A stretch of DNA of 64,000 nt. It comes from Pontimonas sp. GTDB lineage: Bacteria > Actinomycetota > Actinomycetes > Actinomycetales > Microbacteriaceae. A program made the position numbers and the translations under genes. Under the pieces are notes generated by a model that saw only the letters and a list, made by a program, of their open reading frames with translations, was not told where the DNA came from and ran no database searches. Positions 48,843-57,744 of this stretch are shown here, one piece after another; positions within the stretch are counted from its first letter, which is position 1; every line of letters starts with the position of its first letter. The stretch spans positions 11,818 through 75,817 of the forward strand of contig CBFHPU010000005.1 in the NCBI GenBank assembly GCA_965657845.1. Direction: 5' to 3'.

Positions 48843-51038
48843 CTAGCTACGATCCAAATATTCGGCATCAATTTCTGCCAAACGCTCAGACAGGGCACCG
48901 CGCAACCCCGGGTAGTCGGCCAAATCGGGCGAAAGCGCCAATATGGCTTTCGCATCGGCTCTCGCCGATTCAATTAATTCCCCGTCCACACTCACGCGCA
49001 CCAGTTTCAACCCGGAGCGTCCCCCCGACTGGTTCGCCCCCAACACGTCACCTTCGCGGCGCAGTTCCATATCAATGCGCGCCAATTCGAAACCGTCCGT
49101 GGTGGACGCCACGGCGTCAAGTCGCTCCCTTGCCATCGACTCGGCCGGTTGGTGGGTCACCAATAAACACACGCCAGGCAGGCCCCCTCGACCGATGCGA
49201 CCGCGCAGTTGGTGTAGTTGGCTGATTCCAAACCGGTCAGCGTCCATCACGATCATCATCGTCGCCTGTGGAACATCGACACCGACTTCAATCACTGTCG
49301 TGGCCACCAATAAGTCAAGATCACCAGAGTGGAAAGCGGACATCACGTCCTCTTTTTCTTTACTGTCCAATCGGCCGTGGACAACACCAATATGTCTTTT
49401 GCCCAACAGTTCATGCTCTTTCAGGGTGGCGGCGAGCTCCAGCACTGCCGTGAGCGGCCGGGCTGGCTCACCATCGGCCTGACCGTCTTCCAGACCAGCC
49501 ACCTGGTCGGGGTAGCCGGCACCCTCAACGCCGTCGTCAACACCTTCTGTCACCCCGGTCTGGTCGATCGCGGGGGCCACCACAAACACTCGGTGTCCGG
49601 CCTCGATTTCTTCATCTGCTCGCTGCCAGACCCGGGAAAACCAAGCAGGGTTTTCCGCCAACGCCACCACGTGGGTGGTCACCGGTTGTCGACCGGCAGG
49701 CACCCCCCGAATGGTGGAAATGTCAACATCCCCAAAGACGGTCATGGCGACTGTGCGGGGAATGGGGGTGGCGGTGAGGACCAACACGTGCGGGTTTGAG
49801 CCTTTATGGCGCAGCACATCGCGCTGGGTCACCCCAAAACGGTGTTGTTCGTCAACGACGACTAACCCCAAGTCGTGAAACTGGGTCGAGTCGCTCAGCA
49901 GGGCGTGGGTGCCCACCACAATGCGGGACTGACCGGAGGCAATCATGAGTTCTGCTTTTTTGCGCTCTTTAGCTCCCATCCCACCGGTGAGCAGAGTGGG
50001 GGCCAGTTCACTGGCGAGGTCTGGACCCAGCGTGTTCACGATGGAGCGGAAATGCTGACTGGCGAGAACTTCCGTGGGGGCAAGCAGTGCCGACTGGCCG
50101 CCATCTTCAGCGACTTGCACAATCGCACCCAGTGCGACGACCGTTTTTCCAGAGCCCACTTCACCTTGAATGAGCCGGTGCATGGGAACTCCGGAGGCCA
50201 AGTCGGAGGCAATCTCAGTCGCCACCGCCTGCTGATCCTCGGTCAACGAAAACGGCAAACCATCTCGAAAACGCCGGCCCAAACCTCCCGGTTCGCGAAC
50301 AATCGTGCCCTTCGCTTCGGCCACCGCACGCTGTTGTAAGAGCGCCAGCTGCAACACCAACGCTTCGTGAAAGCGCAGGGTATCTCTGGCTTTTTGCCAC
50401 TGACTTTCCGATTCAGGCCGGTGAATGTGATTCAGTGCAACGCTTAAATCCACCAACGTGTGGCGTGATTTCAGCTCGTCGGGAACCGGGTCATCCACGC
50501 CTTCCAGTTGGTCTAAGACTGTCGCGATGGCTTTCTGGATCTGCCAACTAGCCAGTGTGGACGTGGCCGGGTAGATGGGGATTGGGGTCTGCGCCCACGC
50601 TTTCGAGCTTTCCTCGGTGGGGGGCGCATCCTCAAAAAGTTCATAGTCGGGGTGGGCGAGTTGTTTGCCACCACGGAAACTGCTGACCTTGCCGGCGAAA
50701 ATGCCTCTCGCCCCGGGTCGTAGGTCGCGGGCACGCCATGCTTGGTTGAAAAATGTCAGGGTCACCACACCGGTGCCATCGGTGATGACCACTTCCAGCA
50801 GGGAACCTTTCCTGTTTCGCATCGGCCGGTCGGTGACGGAGACCACTTCGGCGACCAGGCTCACCGGCTCCCCCAGGGCAATGCCCTGCAAGGACGTCAG
50901 TTCCCCCCTCGTGGCATAGCGTCTGGGGTAGTGCTCCAGCAGTTGACCCACCGTGGTGTAACCGAACGCTTTCTTGAGGGCGCGTTGGGTGCGATCGCCC
51001 AGCACCTGGGCTAATGCGCTCTCCCGGGTAATCGCCAC
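48843..51038 (-). CDS. recG: ATP-dependent DNA helicase RecG
   Basis: The wedge/OB N-domain is followed by GEVGSGKTVVA, DEQHRFGV and TATPIPRT, then QLHQLRGRIGRG. Confidence 0.95.
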   Translation of the reverse strand: MAITRESALAQVLGDRTQRALKKAFGYTTVGQLLEHYPRRYATRGELTSLQGIALGEPVSLVAEVVSVTDRPMRNRKGSLLEVVITDGTGVVTLTFFNQAWRARDLRPGARGIFAGKVSSFRGGKQLAHPDYELFEDAPPTEESSKAWAQTPIPIYPATSTLASWQIQKAIATVLDQLEGVDDPVPDELKSRHTLVDLSVALNHIHRPESESQWQKARDTLRFHEALVLQLALLQQRAVAEAKGTIVREPGGLGRRFRDGLPFSLTEDQQAVATEIASDLASGVPMHRLIQGEVGSGKTVVALGAIVQVAEDGGQSALLAPTEVLASQHFRSIVNTLGPDLASELAPTLLTGGMGAKERKKAELMIASGQSRIVVGTHALLSDSTQFHDLGLVVVDEQHRFGVTQRDVLRHKGSNPHVLVLTATPIPRTVAMTVFGDVDISTIRGVPAGRQPVTTHVVALAENPAWFSRVWQRADEEIEAGHRVFVVAPAIDQTGVTEGVDDGVEGAGYPDQVAGLEDGQADGEPARPLTAVLELAATLKEHELLGKRHIGVVHGRLDSKEKEDVMSAFHSGDLDLLVATTVIEVGVDVPQATMMIVMDADRFGISQLHQLRGRIGRGGLPGVCLLVTHQPAESMARERLDAVASTTDGFELARIDMELRREGDVLGANQSGGRSGLKLVRVSVDGELIESARADAKAILALSPDLADYPGLRGALSERLAEIDAEYLDRS

Positions 51039-51085
51039 ACTTCGAGGCTACCCGCCTCCACCACACCACCCGGTAGCGTGTTCAC

Positions 51086-51649
51086 ATGGCGCGCATCATC
51101 GCCGGCGAAGCCGGATCGTTGCCACTGGAGGTCCCTCAAGGCCCCACTAGGCCCACCAGCGACCGAGTACGAGAAGCCATGTTCTCTGCCCTGGCCAGTC
51201 GCATCGATTTCACTGGCCTTAAAGTGCTGGATTTGTTTGCGGGATCTGGTGCACTGGGGCTTGAAGCCCTCAGTCGCGGCGCGAGCACGCTGATCGCGGT
51301 GGATTCGAATAGGGCTGCCTGCACAGCCATCAAAACCAACAGCCAGCGGCTAGAAAAAGCGCTGCCCCGCCCGGTCAGTAGTGATGTGCGCTGCCAGAGC
51401 GTCAGCGCCGCACTGGCCACACTGCCAGGCGATGCCACCATCGACCTGGTCTTTATCGACCCACCCTATGAACAGCCCTCCGAGGAAATCACCGCCACCC
51501 TCACTGCCCTCAAGCCACTGGTTCACCCCGAGGCGACAATTGTGGTGGAGCGCTCGACGCGCACCACAGAGCCCGACTGGCCTGAATGGCTGACCCTAAT
51601 CGGCACCAAAACTTACGGCGATACCCGAGTCTTCACACTGTCTCGGTAA
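51086..51649 (+). CDS. rsmD: 16S rRNA (guanine966-N2)-methyltransferase
   Basis: Supporting blocks are MARIIAGEAGS...PTSDRVREAMFS, the SAM motif LDLFAGSGALGLEALSRGA and the DPPY catalytic motif (FIDPPYE). Confidence 0.88.
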   Translation: MARIIAGEAGSLPLEVPQGPTRPTSDRVREAMFSALASRIDFTGLKVLDLFAGSGALGLEALSRGASTLIAVDSNRAACTAIKTNSQRLEKALPRPVSSDVRCQSVSAALATLPGDATIDLVFIDPPYEQPSEEITATLTALKPLVHPEATIVVERSTRTTEPDWPEWLTLIGTKTYGDTRVFTLSR

Positions 51650-52677
51650 GGGTCCCAACCACCGCGCTCAATGTCGGGCGCCACCCCGGAGACCGTCACC
51701 CGAGGAGTAGCCACGCCGTCAGTACTCACACCCCCAGTGCCCACACCGCCGGTGCCCACACCGTCTGCTGCTGGCTCAAACTCACGCACCACACCGACGG
51801 GGTGGAAACCCTCCGGCAGGGTGACCTCCGGCGGGAAGGTCGCCAAGAGCCCGTGATCTTCACCACCCATTAACCAGGCATCATCAACCACCGCATCACC
51901 ATCAAAGTCGATGGCCACATCGCTGGCCTCTGCCATACGGGTTGCATCGAGTACCAACCCGTCACTGACGTCCATCATCGCGGTCGCGTGCGCGGCGGCA
52001 GCAGCTGGCCCGTGAGTCAGATCAATGCGCGGAGCGAGGTGGTGGAGCACTTCTGGGTGGCTTCGAAGCTCCGCCAACACTGACGGGTCGAGCACTCCCC
52101 CCGCCTGGGTGGTGTGTTCGTTCAGGATTCGAAACCCCCGCTCTGACACACCAGGCTCACCCGTCACCGCCACAATGTCGCCTGGCCGGGCGCCTGATCG
52201 AAGCACCGGGTGAAGCCCAAAGAGTTGACCGAGCACGGTCACAGACAGGGTGAGTTGTGGGGCGGTGGAGAGATCACCACCCAACACCCCCGCGTCGGGG
52301 GCCATATCGGCTAGGCCTTTGGCGATCCCCCGGGCGATGCCGACCAAGTCCGATACTGGTGTGTCCGGCGGAGCGGCGAGACCAATGATGACCCCCAGTG
52401 GTCTGGCGCCCATGGCCGAAATGTCGGCAAGATTACTGGTCATGGCTTTATAGCCAATGTCTTCCGGCTGGGACCAGTCCCGGCGAAAATCCGGACCCTC
52501 GACCATCATGTCGCAGGTGGTCACCACCTCTGGTGCGTGTAACCCCACGACCGCGGAATCGTCCCCCGGTCCGACCGTCATCCCGCTCGCGCTTGGCAGC
52601 AGGGGCAAAATCCTGGCGAGCGTTCCGCGCTCACCCAGGTCGGCTACGGTCAGGGGTTTTTCCAAGTGCTCGGCCAC
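51613..52677 (-). CDS. thiL: Thiamine-monophosphate kinase
   Basis: Supporting blocks are GERGTLARILP, GPGDDSAVV, TCDMMVEGPDF and the AIR-synthase-like fold. The start is set at GTG 52677. The 86 extra codons in the track ORF overlap the divergent DUF3515 gene and look non-coding. Confidence 0.88.
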   Translation of the reverse strand: MAEHLEKPLTVADLGERGTLARILPLLPSASGMTVGPGDDSAVVGLHAPEVVTTCDMMVEGPDFRRDWSQPEDIGYKAMTSNLADISAMGARPLGVIIGLAAPPDTPVSDLVGIARGIAKGLADMAPDAGVLGGDLSTAPQLTLSVTVLGQLFGLHPVLRSGARPGDIVAVTGEPGVSERGFRILNEHTTQAGGVLDPSVLAELRSHPEVLHHLAPRIDLTHGPAAAAAHATAMMDVSDGLVLDATRMAEASDVAIDFDGDAVVDDAWLMGGEDHGLLATFPPEVTLPEGFHPVGVVREFEPAADGVGTGGVGTGGVSTDGVATPRVTVSGVAPDIERGGWDPYRDSVKTRVSP

Positions 52678-52700
52678 ACCCCCACGGTAGCCTGAAGGGG

Positions 52701-53174
52701 ATGGGCAGATGGCGCACCGTGCTGACTTTCGCCGCCGTGGCGATGATGACACTTTCGGCGTGCGCTCCCACAGTGCGCCTACAACCCGCCCCCGAAGCCA
52801 ACGCGGTCGAATGCGCCAACATGATGGTGCGCCTGCCCGATTCCATCGGTGAACTCGAGAGGCGAAGTGTGGACGCCCAATCGACAGCCGCCTACGGTGA
52901 CCCGACGGCGGTGATCGTGCGCTGCGGTCTGCCACGGCCCGGGCCTTCTACATTGCCCTGTGCCACCGTCGACGGCGTGGATTGGTTAATTGATGACAGC
53001 GACCAACCGCGTTTTGTGTTCCTGAGCTACGGCCTCGACCCCGCGACAGAAGTCATTGTCGACTCCGAACGGGTTTCCGGAACTGAGGCGCTCCAAGCCT
53101 TAAGCGGCGCCGTGGCCAGCCAATCGGCACCGGTCGGCGCATGCTTGGGCGCCGAAGACGTCTTCAGCGAGTAG
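52701..53174 (+). CDS. DUF3515-domain lipoprotein
   Basis: ATG 52701 gives MGRWRTVLTFAAVAMMTLSAC (lipobox LSAC). The blocks ECANMMVRLPD...AYGDPTAVIVRCGLP are typical of DUF3515, which neighbours thiL and ddl in actinobacteria. Confidence 0.7.
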   Translation: MGRWRTVLTFAAVAMMTLSACAPTVRLQPAPEANAVECANMMVRLPDSIGELERRSVDAQSTAAYGDPTAVIVRCGLPRPGPSTLPCATVDGVDWLIDDSDQPRFVFLSYGLDPATEVIVDSERVSGTEALQALSGAVASQSAPVGACLGAEDVFSE

Positions 53175-53256
53175 CGCTGCCCCCACCCATCAGCTGACCA
53201 CATCCATCACCTGACCACACCCACTACATAGTGGCGCGTGGCTGGGCGTTTATGGC

Positions 53257-54408
53257 TTAGGAGCCCATCCCGACAAGCTTGCCGGCAATACCACCGGCTG
53301 CTTTTAGGGCGATGCCCTGCGAGAAGCCTGCTTGTGGCCACCGAATACGCCGCTCCACGGCTTCTCGGAGAGCATCGGTGAGCACTTCAGCGGGTGGTCT
53401 GGTGGGCGACCACAAATACAGCGAGAGGGCACCCGGGATCGTGTTTACCTCGTTGACATAGACACTGTCATCGGCTGGATCCCACAACAGGTCCACGCGA
53501 ACAATACCCGTGAGCCTGGTCACTTCCGCAACAGCTGTTGCTAATTCGACGGCCCGAGAGGCGACCACGTCGGGTACTTGGGCGGGGAACTCCCGCGGCG
53601 CGTGGGTGAGCCCCGCGCCGCCTTCACCTTGGAGGTATTTCTCCTGGTAGCTGTAGACCCCACCGGCTCCAGAAGATTCTGCGTCTTTGTCTCCTCGAAG
53701 CGGGCGCTCAAGCGCAGTTAATTCGAGGGTGGGGTAGGTGCGAAAGGAAATGTTCAGATCGACAATGTCGGCCCGGTAGGGCTCAATGACGGCACCGTTT
53801 TTCAGGTGCGGGCTCGAATCGGCCAATGCTCTGGCGGTATCGATGTCGTCCACGATTTCAATACCAATGGAGGACCCCCCGAATCGGGGTTTCACAATGT
53901 AGGGGCCGGCGAACTCCGGCGTGCTGGTGTGGGATACGTGTTGGCGGGGCAAGCTGGGGATACCGGCATTAGCTAACAGGCCCGCGAAGGCGAGTTTGTC
54001 CATTCCCACCGCGCCCGCATACAAGCTGGAGCCCGTGTGCGGGATGCCCAAGAGTTCACACACAAAGGCAGCCCCGCCACCTTCGCCGCCCCCACCGTGG
54101 AAACACAGCAGTGCAGCATCCGCGTCGAGTCGTTTCGAGCCCATACCTTTTTTTAGGTAGAGGCCTGGTTGTCCGCCAAGGCGGACATCGAGTTCTTTGG
54201 AACCAGAAGGTGACCCTTCCAGGTAGTCCTTCGCTTCGGTGTTGTCCGGTACCAGAAGCCACTGACCGTTAGGGGCGACGTAGACGGGCTGAATGGTGTG
54301 GCCGGCAGTTCGCAACACACGTTCTGCTTGCAGCCCGGTCAGGATGGAAATTTCGTGTTCGGGACTGGGTCCACCGAAGATAACCGTCCAGGTGTTGTGT
54401 GCACTCAT
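53257..54408 (-). CDS. ddl: D-alanine--D-alanine ligase family ATP-grasp enzyme (somewhat divergent)
   Basis: Supporting blocks are VIFGGPSPEHEISILTG, IVKPRFGGSSIGIE and RVDLL...VNEVNTIPG. The usual HGxxGEDGT block reads HGGGGEGGG. The gene lies in the ddl region near gpsA. Confidence 0.8.
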   Translation of the reverse strand: MSAHNTWTVIFGGPSPEHEISILTGLQAERVLRTAGHTIQPVYVAPNGQWLLVPDNTEAKDYLEGSPSGSKELDVRLGGQPGLYLKKGMGSKRLDADAALLCFHGGGGEGGGAAFVCELLGIPHTGSSLYAGAVGMDKLAFAGLLANAGIPSLPRQHVSHTSTPEFAGPYIVKPRFGGSSIGIEIVDDIDTARALADSSPHLKNGAVIEPYRADIVDLNISFRTYPTLELTALERPLRGDKDAESSGAGGVYSYQEKYLQGEGGAGLTHAPREFPAQVPDVVASRAVELATAVAEVTRLTGIVRVDLLWDPADDSVYVNEVNTIPGALSLYLWSPTRPPAEVLTDALREAVERRIRWPQAGFSQGIALKAAGGIAGKLVGMGS

Positions 54409-54441
54409 CGAGCCTGACCTCCACAGTGCCGACCGGGACGT

Positions 54442-55995
54442 TTAGGGGTAGTGGTCGGGCAGATCGTTCTCGTAGAGAATAACGTCCTCAGGCTTTGCCT
54501 CGTGGAGCACCGCACCGACGGCCTCATCTCGGGTGAGAAACACTTTCGTGTCAGCTCCCGCACCGGAGAGCAGTGCCCGACGGTTGGTGAGACCCACGGC
54601 GTAGCACACACCGCCGGCGGCGGTGATTGCTTCGCCCAGTTCCCGGTTGCGCGTCGCCTGTAGGCCACCCAGTTCCACCATTCCCGGGGTCACCACGAAA
54701 AGCCTCCCGCCGCGTTCCGCGGCGAGCTCTTTCGCTCCCGCGATGGCCCGGGCTGCCCCGGGTGGGTTGGAGTTGTAGGTGTCGTCAATGATGGCCACAC
54801 CGGATTCTGTGGTGGCGACTTCTGCGCGGTGTGCGGCGACGGGCAGGTCGCCAAGCGACGCGAGGGCTTTATCGGAGGGGACATCCAGGGCCCACGCAAT
54901 TCCCAACGCGACGGCAATGTTGATGCCGTGGGCGAGCAGGGGAATCTCAGTCGACTCCGGTGTGGCCTCTGGCCCATACGTCACGGTGCCCGCTTCCGCG
55001 TCAAGACTGACATCGGCTTCTAACCCTTGGGCGCTGACGGTCACCACCAGGGTTCCCCTTGCCCGGCAGGTTTCTGCCAGGGCGACAAGTTCTGGTTGGT
55101 CGACAGGCAGTACGACGACGGAAGCGTTTTCGGTAATTTCCGATTTGGCGCGCAGGATGGCCTGGTGTGAGCCGAGTCGTTCATAGTGGGCTTCACCGAT
55201 CACGGTGATGGCGCCAATGTAGGGCGGGAACCATTTCGAGAGCTCCCGAATGCGGCCTTCCGCGTTCATCCCCATTTCGGCAACAAACACTTCCGTGCCG
55301 GGGGCAAGTTTGTCGTTGATGGACCGCGACAGCCCCATCAGGTTGTTAAAGCTCGCCGGGGAGGCCACCACGTCGTAGCGACTGGCGAGAATTTGCGCGG
55401 CATAGCCTTTGGTGGAGGTTTTGCCGTAAGAGCCGGTAATGGCCACAATCTGTGGGTCAACCCTCCGAAGCGTTTCTTGCGCACTGGTCAAATACGGTTT
55501 TTGCAGCAACCGCTCCACCGGCCACAACAGCACCAGCGACAGGTCCGTGATGAGGGCCTGGAGGATGACGGGCACGAGAGCTCCTGCTGGACCTAAAAAC
55601 CACGCCGATACTGCCGCGAGGGCAAACAACAACACGGCGTTAACGACCGCCACCCGAATCAGTCGCCCCGTCCACGCGACAGCTTTCGTTTCACCCATCA
55701 CCGGCATCCGCCACGGGGAGAGTGCTGCGACTAGTGGCGCGAGTACGACCAACCAGGCGGCAACACCCAGCCCAAACGGGGCAGCGACATAACCGGCTAA
55801 GGCGAGCACTATGGCGAGCGCCCACCAGAGCACACTCATGGGGCGGCGCAGTAACCACAGGCGTTCAATGCGGCTGACTTCGCCGGGTAAGTATTGGACA
55901 CGCTGTGCGACGCGCAACCAGCGCAACTGGCCGATCACCAACGAGGCCGCGAGAGTCAACGTGGTAACGACGACCAGGAGTTCGAAGCCAATCAC
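54442..55995 (-). CDS. Mur-ligase-family protein. It has a MurF-like central and C-terminal core fused to an N-terminal polytopic membrane domain.
   Basis: Residues 1-160 are hydrophobic and read as 4-5 predicted TM helices (for example LLVVVTTLTLAASLVIG, WWALAIVLALAGYVAAPFGLGVAAWLVVLAPLVAAL, VVNAVLLFALAAVSAWFL). After that come ITGSYGKTSTK, VAEMGMN, IGEAHYERLGS, DDTYNSNP and TPGMVELGG. Confidence 0.8.
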   Translation of the reverse strand: MIGFELLVVVTTLTLAASLVIGQLRWLRVAQRVQYLPGEVSRIERLWLLRRPMSVLWWALAIVLALAGYVAAPFGLGVAAWLVVLAPLVAALSPWRMPVMGETKAVAWTGRLIRVAVVNAVLLFALAAVSAWFLGPAGALVPVILQALITDLSLVLLWPVERLLQKPYLTSAQETLRRVDPQIVAITGSYGKTSTKGYAAQILASRYDVVASPASFNNLMGLSRSINDKLAPGTEVFVAEMGMNAEGRIRELSKWFPPYIGAITVIGEAHYERLGSHQAILRAKSEITENASVVVLPVDQPELVALAETCRARGTLVVTVSAQGLEADVSLDAEAGTVTYGPEATPESTEIPLLAHGINIAVALGIAWALDVPSDKALASLGDLPVAAHRAEVATTESGVAIIDDTYNSNPPGAARAIAGAKELAAERGGRLFVVTPGMVELGGLQATRNRELGEAITAAGGVCYAVGLTNRRALLSGAGADTKVFLTRDEAVGAVLHEAKPEDVILYENDLPDHYP

Positions 55996-55999
55996 CGGG

Positions 56000-56737
56000 T
56001 CACATCTCCTCGTTGTTTAGCCGGCGATCAATCGCCGCGCGAAGGCCTGCCACCAGTGTCTCATCGAGTAGATGCTCGGAGTTGGGCACCACGCTGAGGC
56101 GACCCTTGGGTAACACTTCCAAGGTCTTTTTCGCGACATCGAGTGGGGCGGGTTTATCGAATTCGCCCCACACCAATTCGACGGGCATGTCCAGACCTGA
56201 TGCGTCATCCAGGTAGTCCTCCCCCACGGTGTGGACAAGGATTTCTCGCATCACACCCTCAGCGTGGCGGTAGTCGGCGGAGCCAAAACGTCGCCTGGCC
56301 TGCTCCAGTTGTGATTCGGGCACGAGACCCACGCTTCGTAAAAAGCGGATGAACGCGTAGCGGGGGTCGGGGCCTTTCGCCGGATGCAGTTTCGTCATCG
56401 GCACCCCAGTGAGTACCAGTGCGCGCACACGGGTGGGGTAGGCAGCGGCCAGGCGAACGGCGATGCGCCCCCCGAAAGAGTGGCCGACCACAATGGGCGG
56501 GTGTTCCTCATCGAGTGCGGGCAGTAGCCAGCGGGCATAATCTGCCGGTCGCCACGCTGTGGGTGGCGGATCGACCACGCCAAAGCCTGGTAACTGCACG
56601 GCTGCTGCCGAATAGCCTTCCAACACGGCCTGGAAGTCGCTCGCGTTTCTCCCCCAACCGTGCAGGGCAATGACCTGTAGGGGGCCACTGCCGAAACGCT
56701 CAGCAATGACTGAACCGTCAGCGTAGGAGGCGAGCAC
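56000..56737 (-). CDS. Alpha/beta hydrolase
   Basis: Supporting blocks are IALHGWG and the nucleophile elbow GHSFGG, with a late His (SEHLL). The protein is 245 aa. It starts 5 nt after the gpsA stop and ends 4 nt before the Mur-ligase start. Confidence 0.75.
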   Translation of the reverse strand: MLASYADGSVIAERFGSGPLQVIALHGWGRNASDFQAVLEGYSAAAVQLPGFGVVDPPPTAWRPADYARWLLPALDEEHPPIVVGHSFGGRIAVRLAAAYPTRVRALVLTGVPMTKLHPAKGPDPRYAFIRFLRSVGLVPESQLEQARRRFGSADYRHAEGVMREILVHTVGEDYLDDASGLDMPVELVWGEFDKPAPLDVAKKTLEVLPKGRLSVVPNSEHLLDETLVAGLRAAIDRRLNNEEM

Positions 56738-56742
56738 GCGTC

Positions 56743-57744
56743 TTATTCTCCCTGTGGCTCATCAGAGTCGGTGGCGAGGTGTGGGGCGAGCTCTGCTGGG
56801 TCAAGCTCGCCGTGGAGTACCTGTTGGACCTGCATCACAATGGGCATCGACACACCCCGCGAGGAGGCCAGCTCTAATACGGGCGTCACCGCTTGGAGGC
56901 CTTCCGCCGTTTGGTTCATCCGGCGCACCACGTCGTCTAAGGCGTAGCCTTGGCCGAGTAGTCGCCCGGCGGTGTTATTTCTCGACAGCGGTGATTCGCA
57001 GGTCGCAATGAGGTCACCGAGGCCTGCCAGGCCCGACATGGTGTGCGGTTCTGCGCCAAAGGCCGCCGCAAACGCACTGATTTCTGCCAACCCGCGGGTG
57101 ATGATGGACGCTTTCGTGTTTTCGCCGTAGCCGACACCGTCGGCGATACCCACAGCCACGGCGATGAGGTTTTTCAACACTCCCCCGAATTCGGTCCCCA
57201 CGACGTCGTAGTTGACAAACATCCGGAAATACGCCGTGGTGGCCTGTTTCGCCACAGCCGCAGCGGTGTCCGCATCGACCGAGGAGGCCACCGCGGCGGT
57301 GGGTTGTTCTTTCGCGATTTCTAGTGCCAAGTTTGGCCCGCTGATCACCGCAATGCGCTCTAGTGGGAGCGCCGTCACGTCGTGGATGACTTGGGACATG
57401 CGAAGCCCCGTGCCCGATTCGACACCTTTCATCAAACTGACCAGGCGAGTGGTGGGGGCAATAAGGGGCGTGATGGCTTCCAGGTTGGCCCGCAGGGTTT
57501 GACTGGGTACCGCCAAATACACGGTGTGAGCCGAAGAAACGGCCTCTTCGAGATCCGTGGTGGCCGTCAGCGAAGAGGGCAAGTTAATCCCCCGCAGATA
57601 GTCGCTGTTACGACTGGTTTCTCGTATCTCTCGGGCCACTTCGCTTCGGCGTGCCCACAGGGTGACGTCGCCTCCGGCGTCGACAAGAATTTTGGCAAAC
57701 GTGGTCCCCCACGATCCCGCACCCACTACCGTAATGTCAGTCAT
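56743..57744 (-). CDS. gpsA: NAD(P)H-dependent glycerol-3-phosphate dehydrogenase
   Basis: Supporting blocks are ITVVGAGSWGTTFA, NLALEIA, KNLIAVAVGI and TCESPLSRN. Confidence 0.93.
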   Translation of the reverse strand: MTDITVVGAGSWGTTFAKILVDAGGDVTLWARRSEVAREIRETSRNSDYLRGINLPSSLTATTDLEEAVSSAHTVYLAVPSQTLRANLEAITPLIAPTTRLVSLMKGVESGTGLRMSQVIHDVTALPLERIAVISGPNLALEIAKEQPTAAVASSVDADTAAAVAKQATTAYFRMFVNYDVVGTEFGGVLKNLIAVAVGIADGVGYGENTKASIITRGLAEISAFAAAFGAEPHTMSGLAGLGDLIATCESPLSRNNTAGRLLGQGYALDDVVRRMNQTAEGLQAVTPVLELASSRGVSMPIVMQVQQVLHGELDPAELAPHLATDSDEPQGE

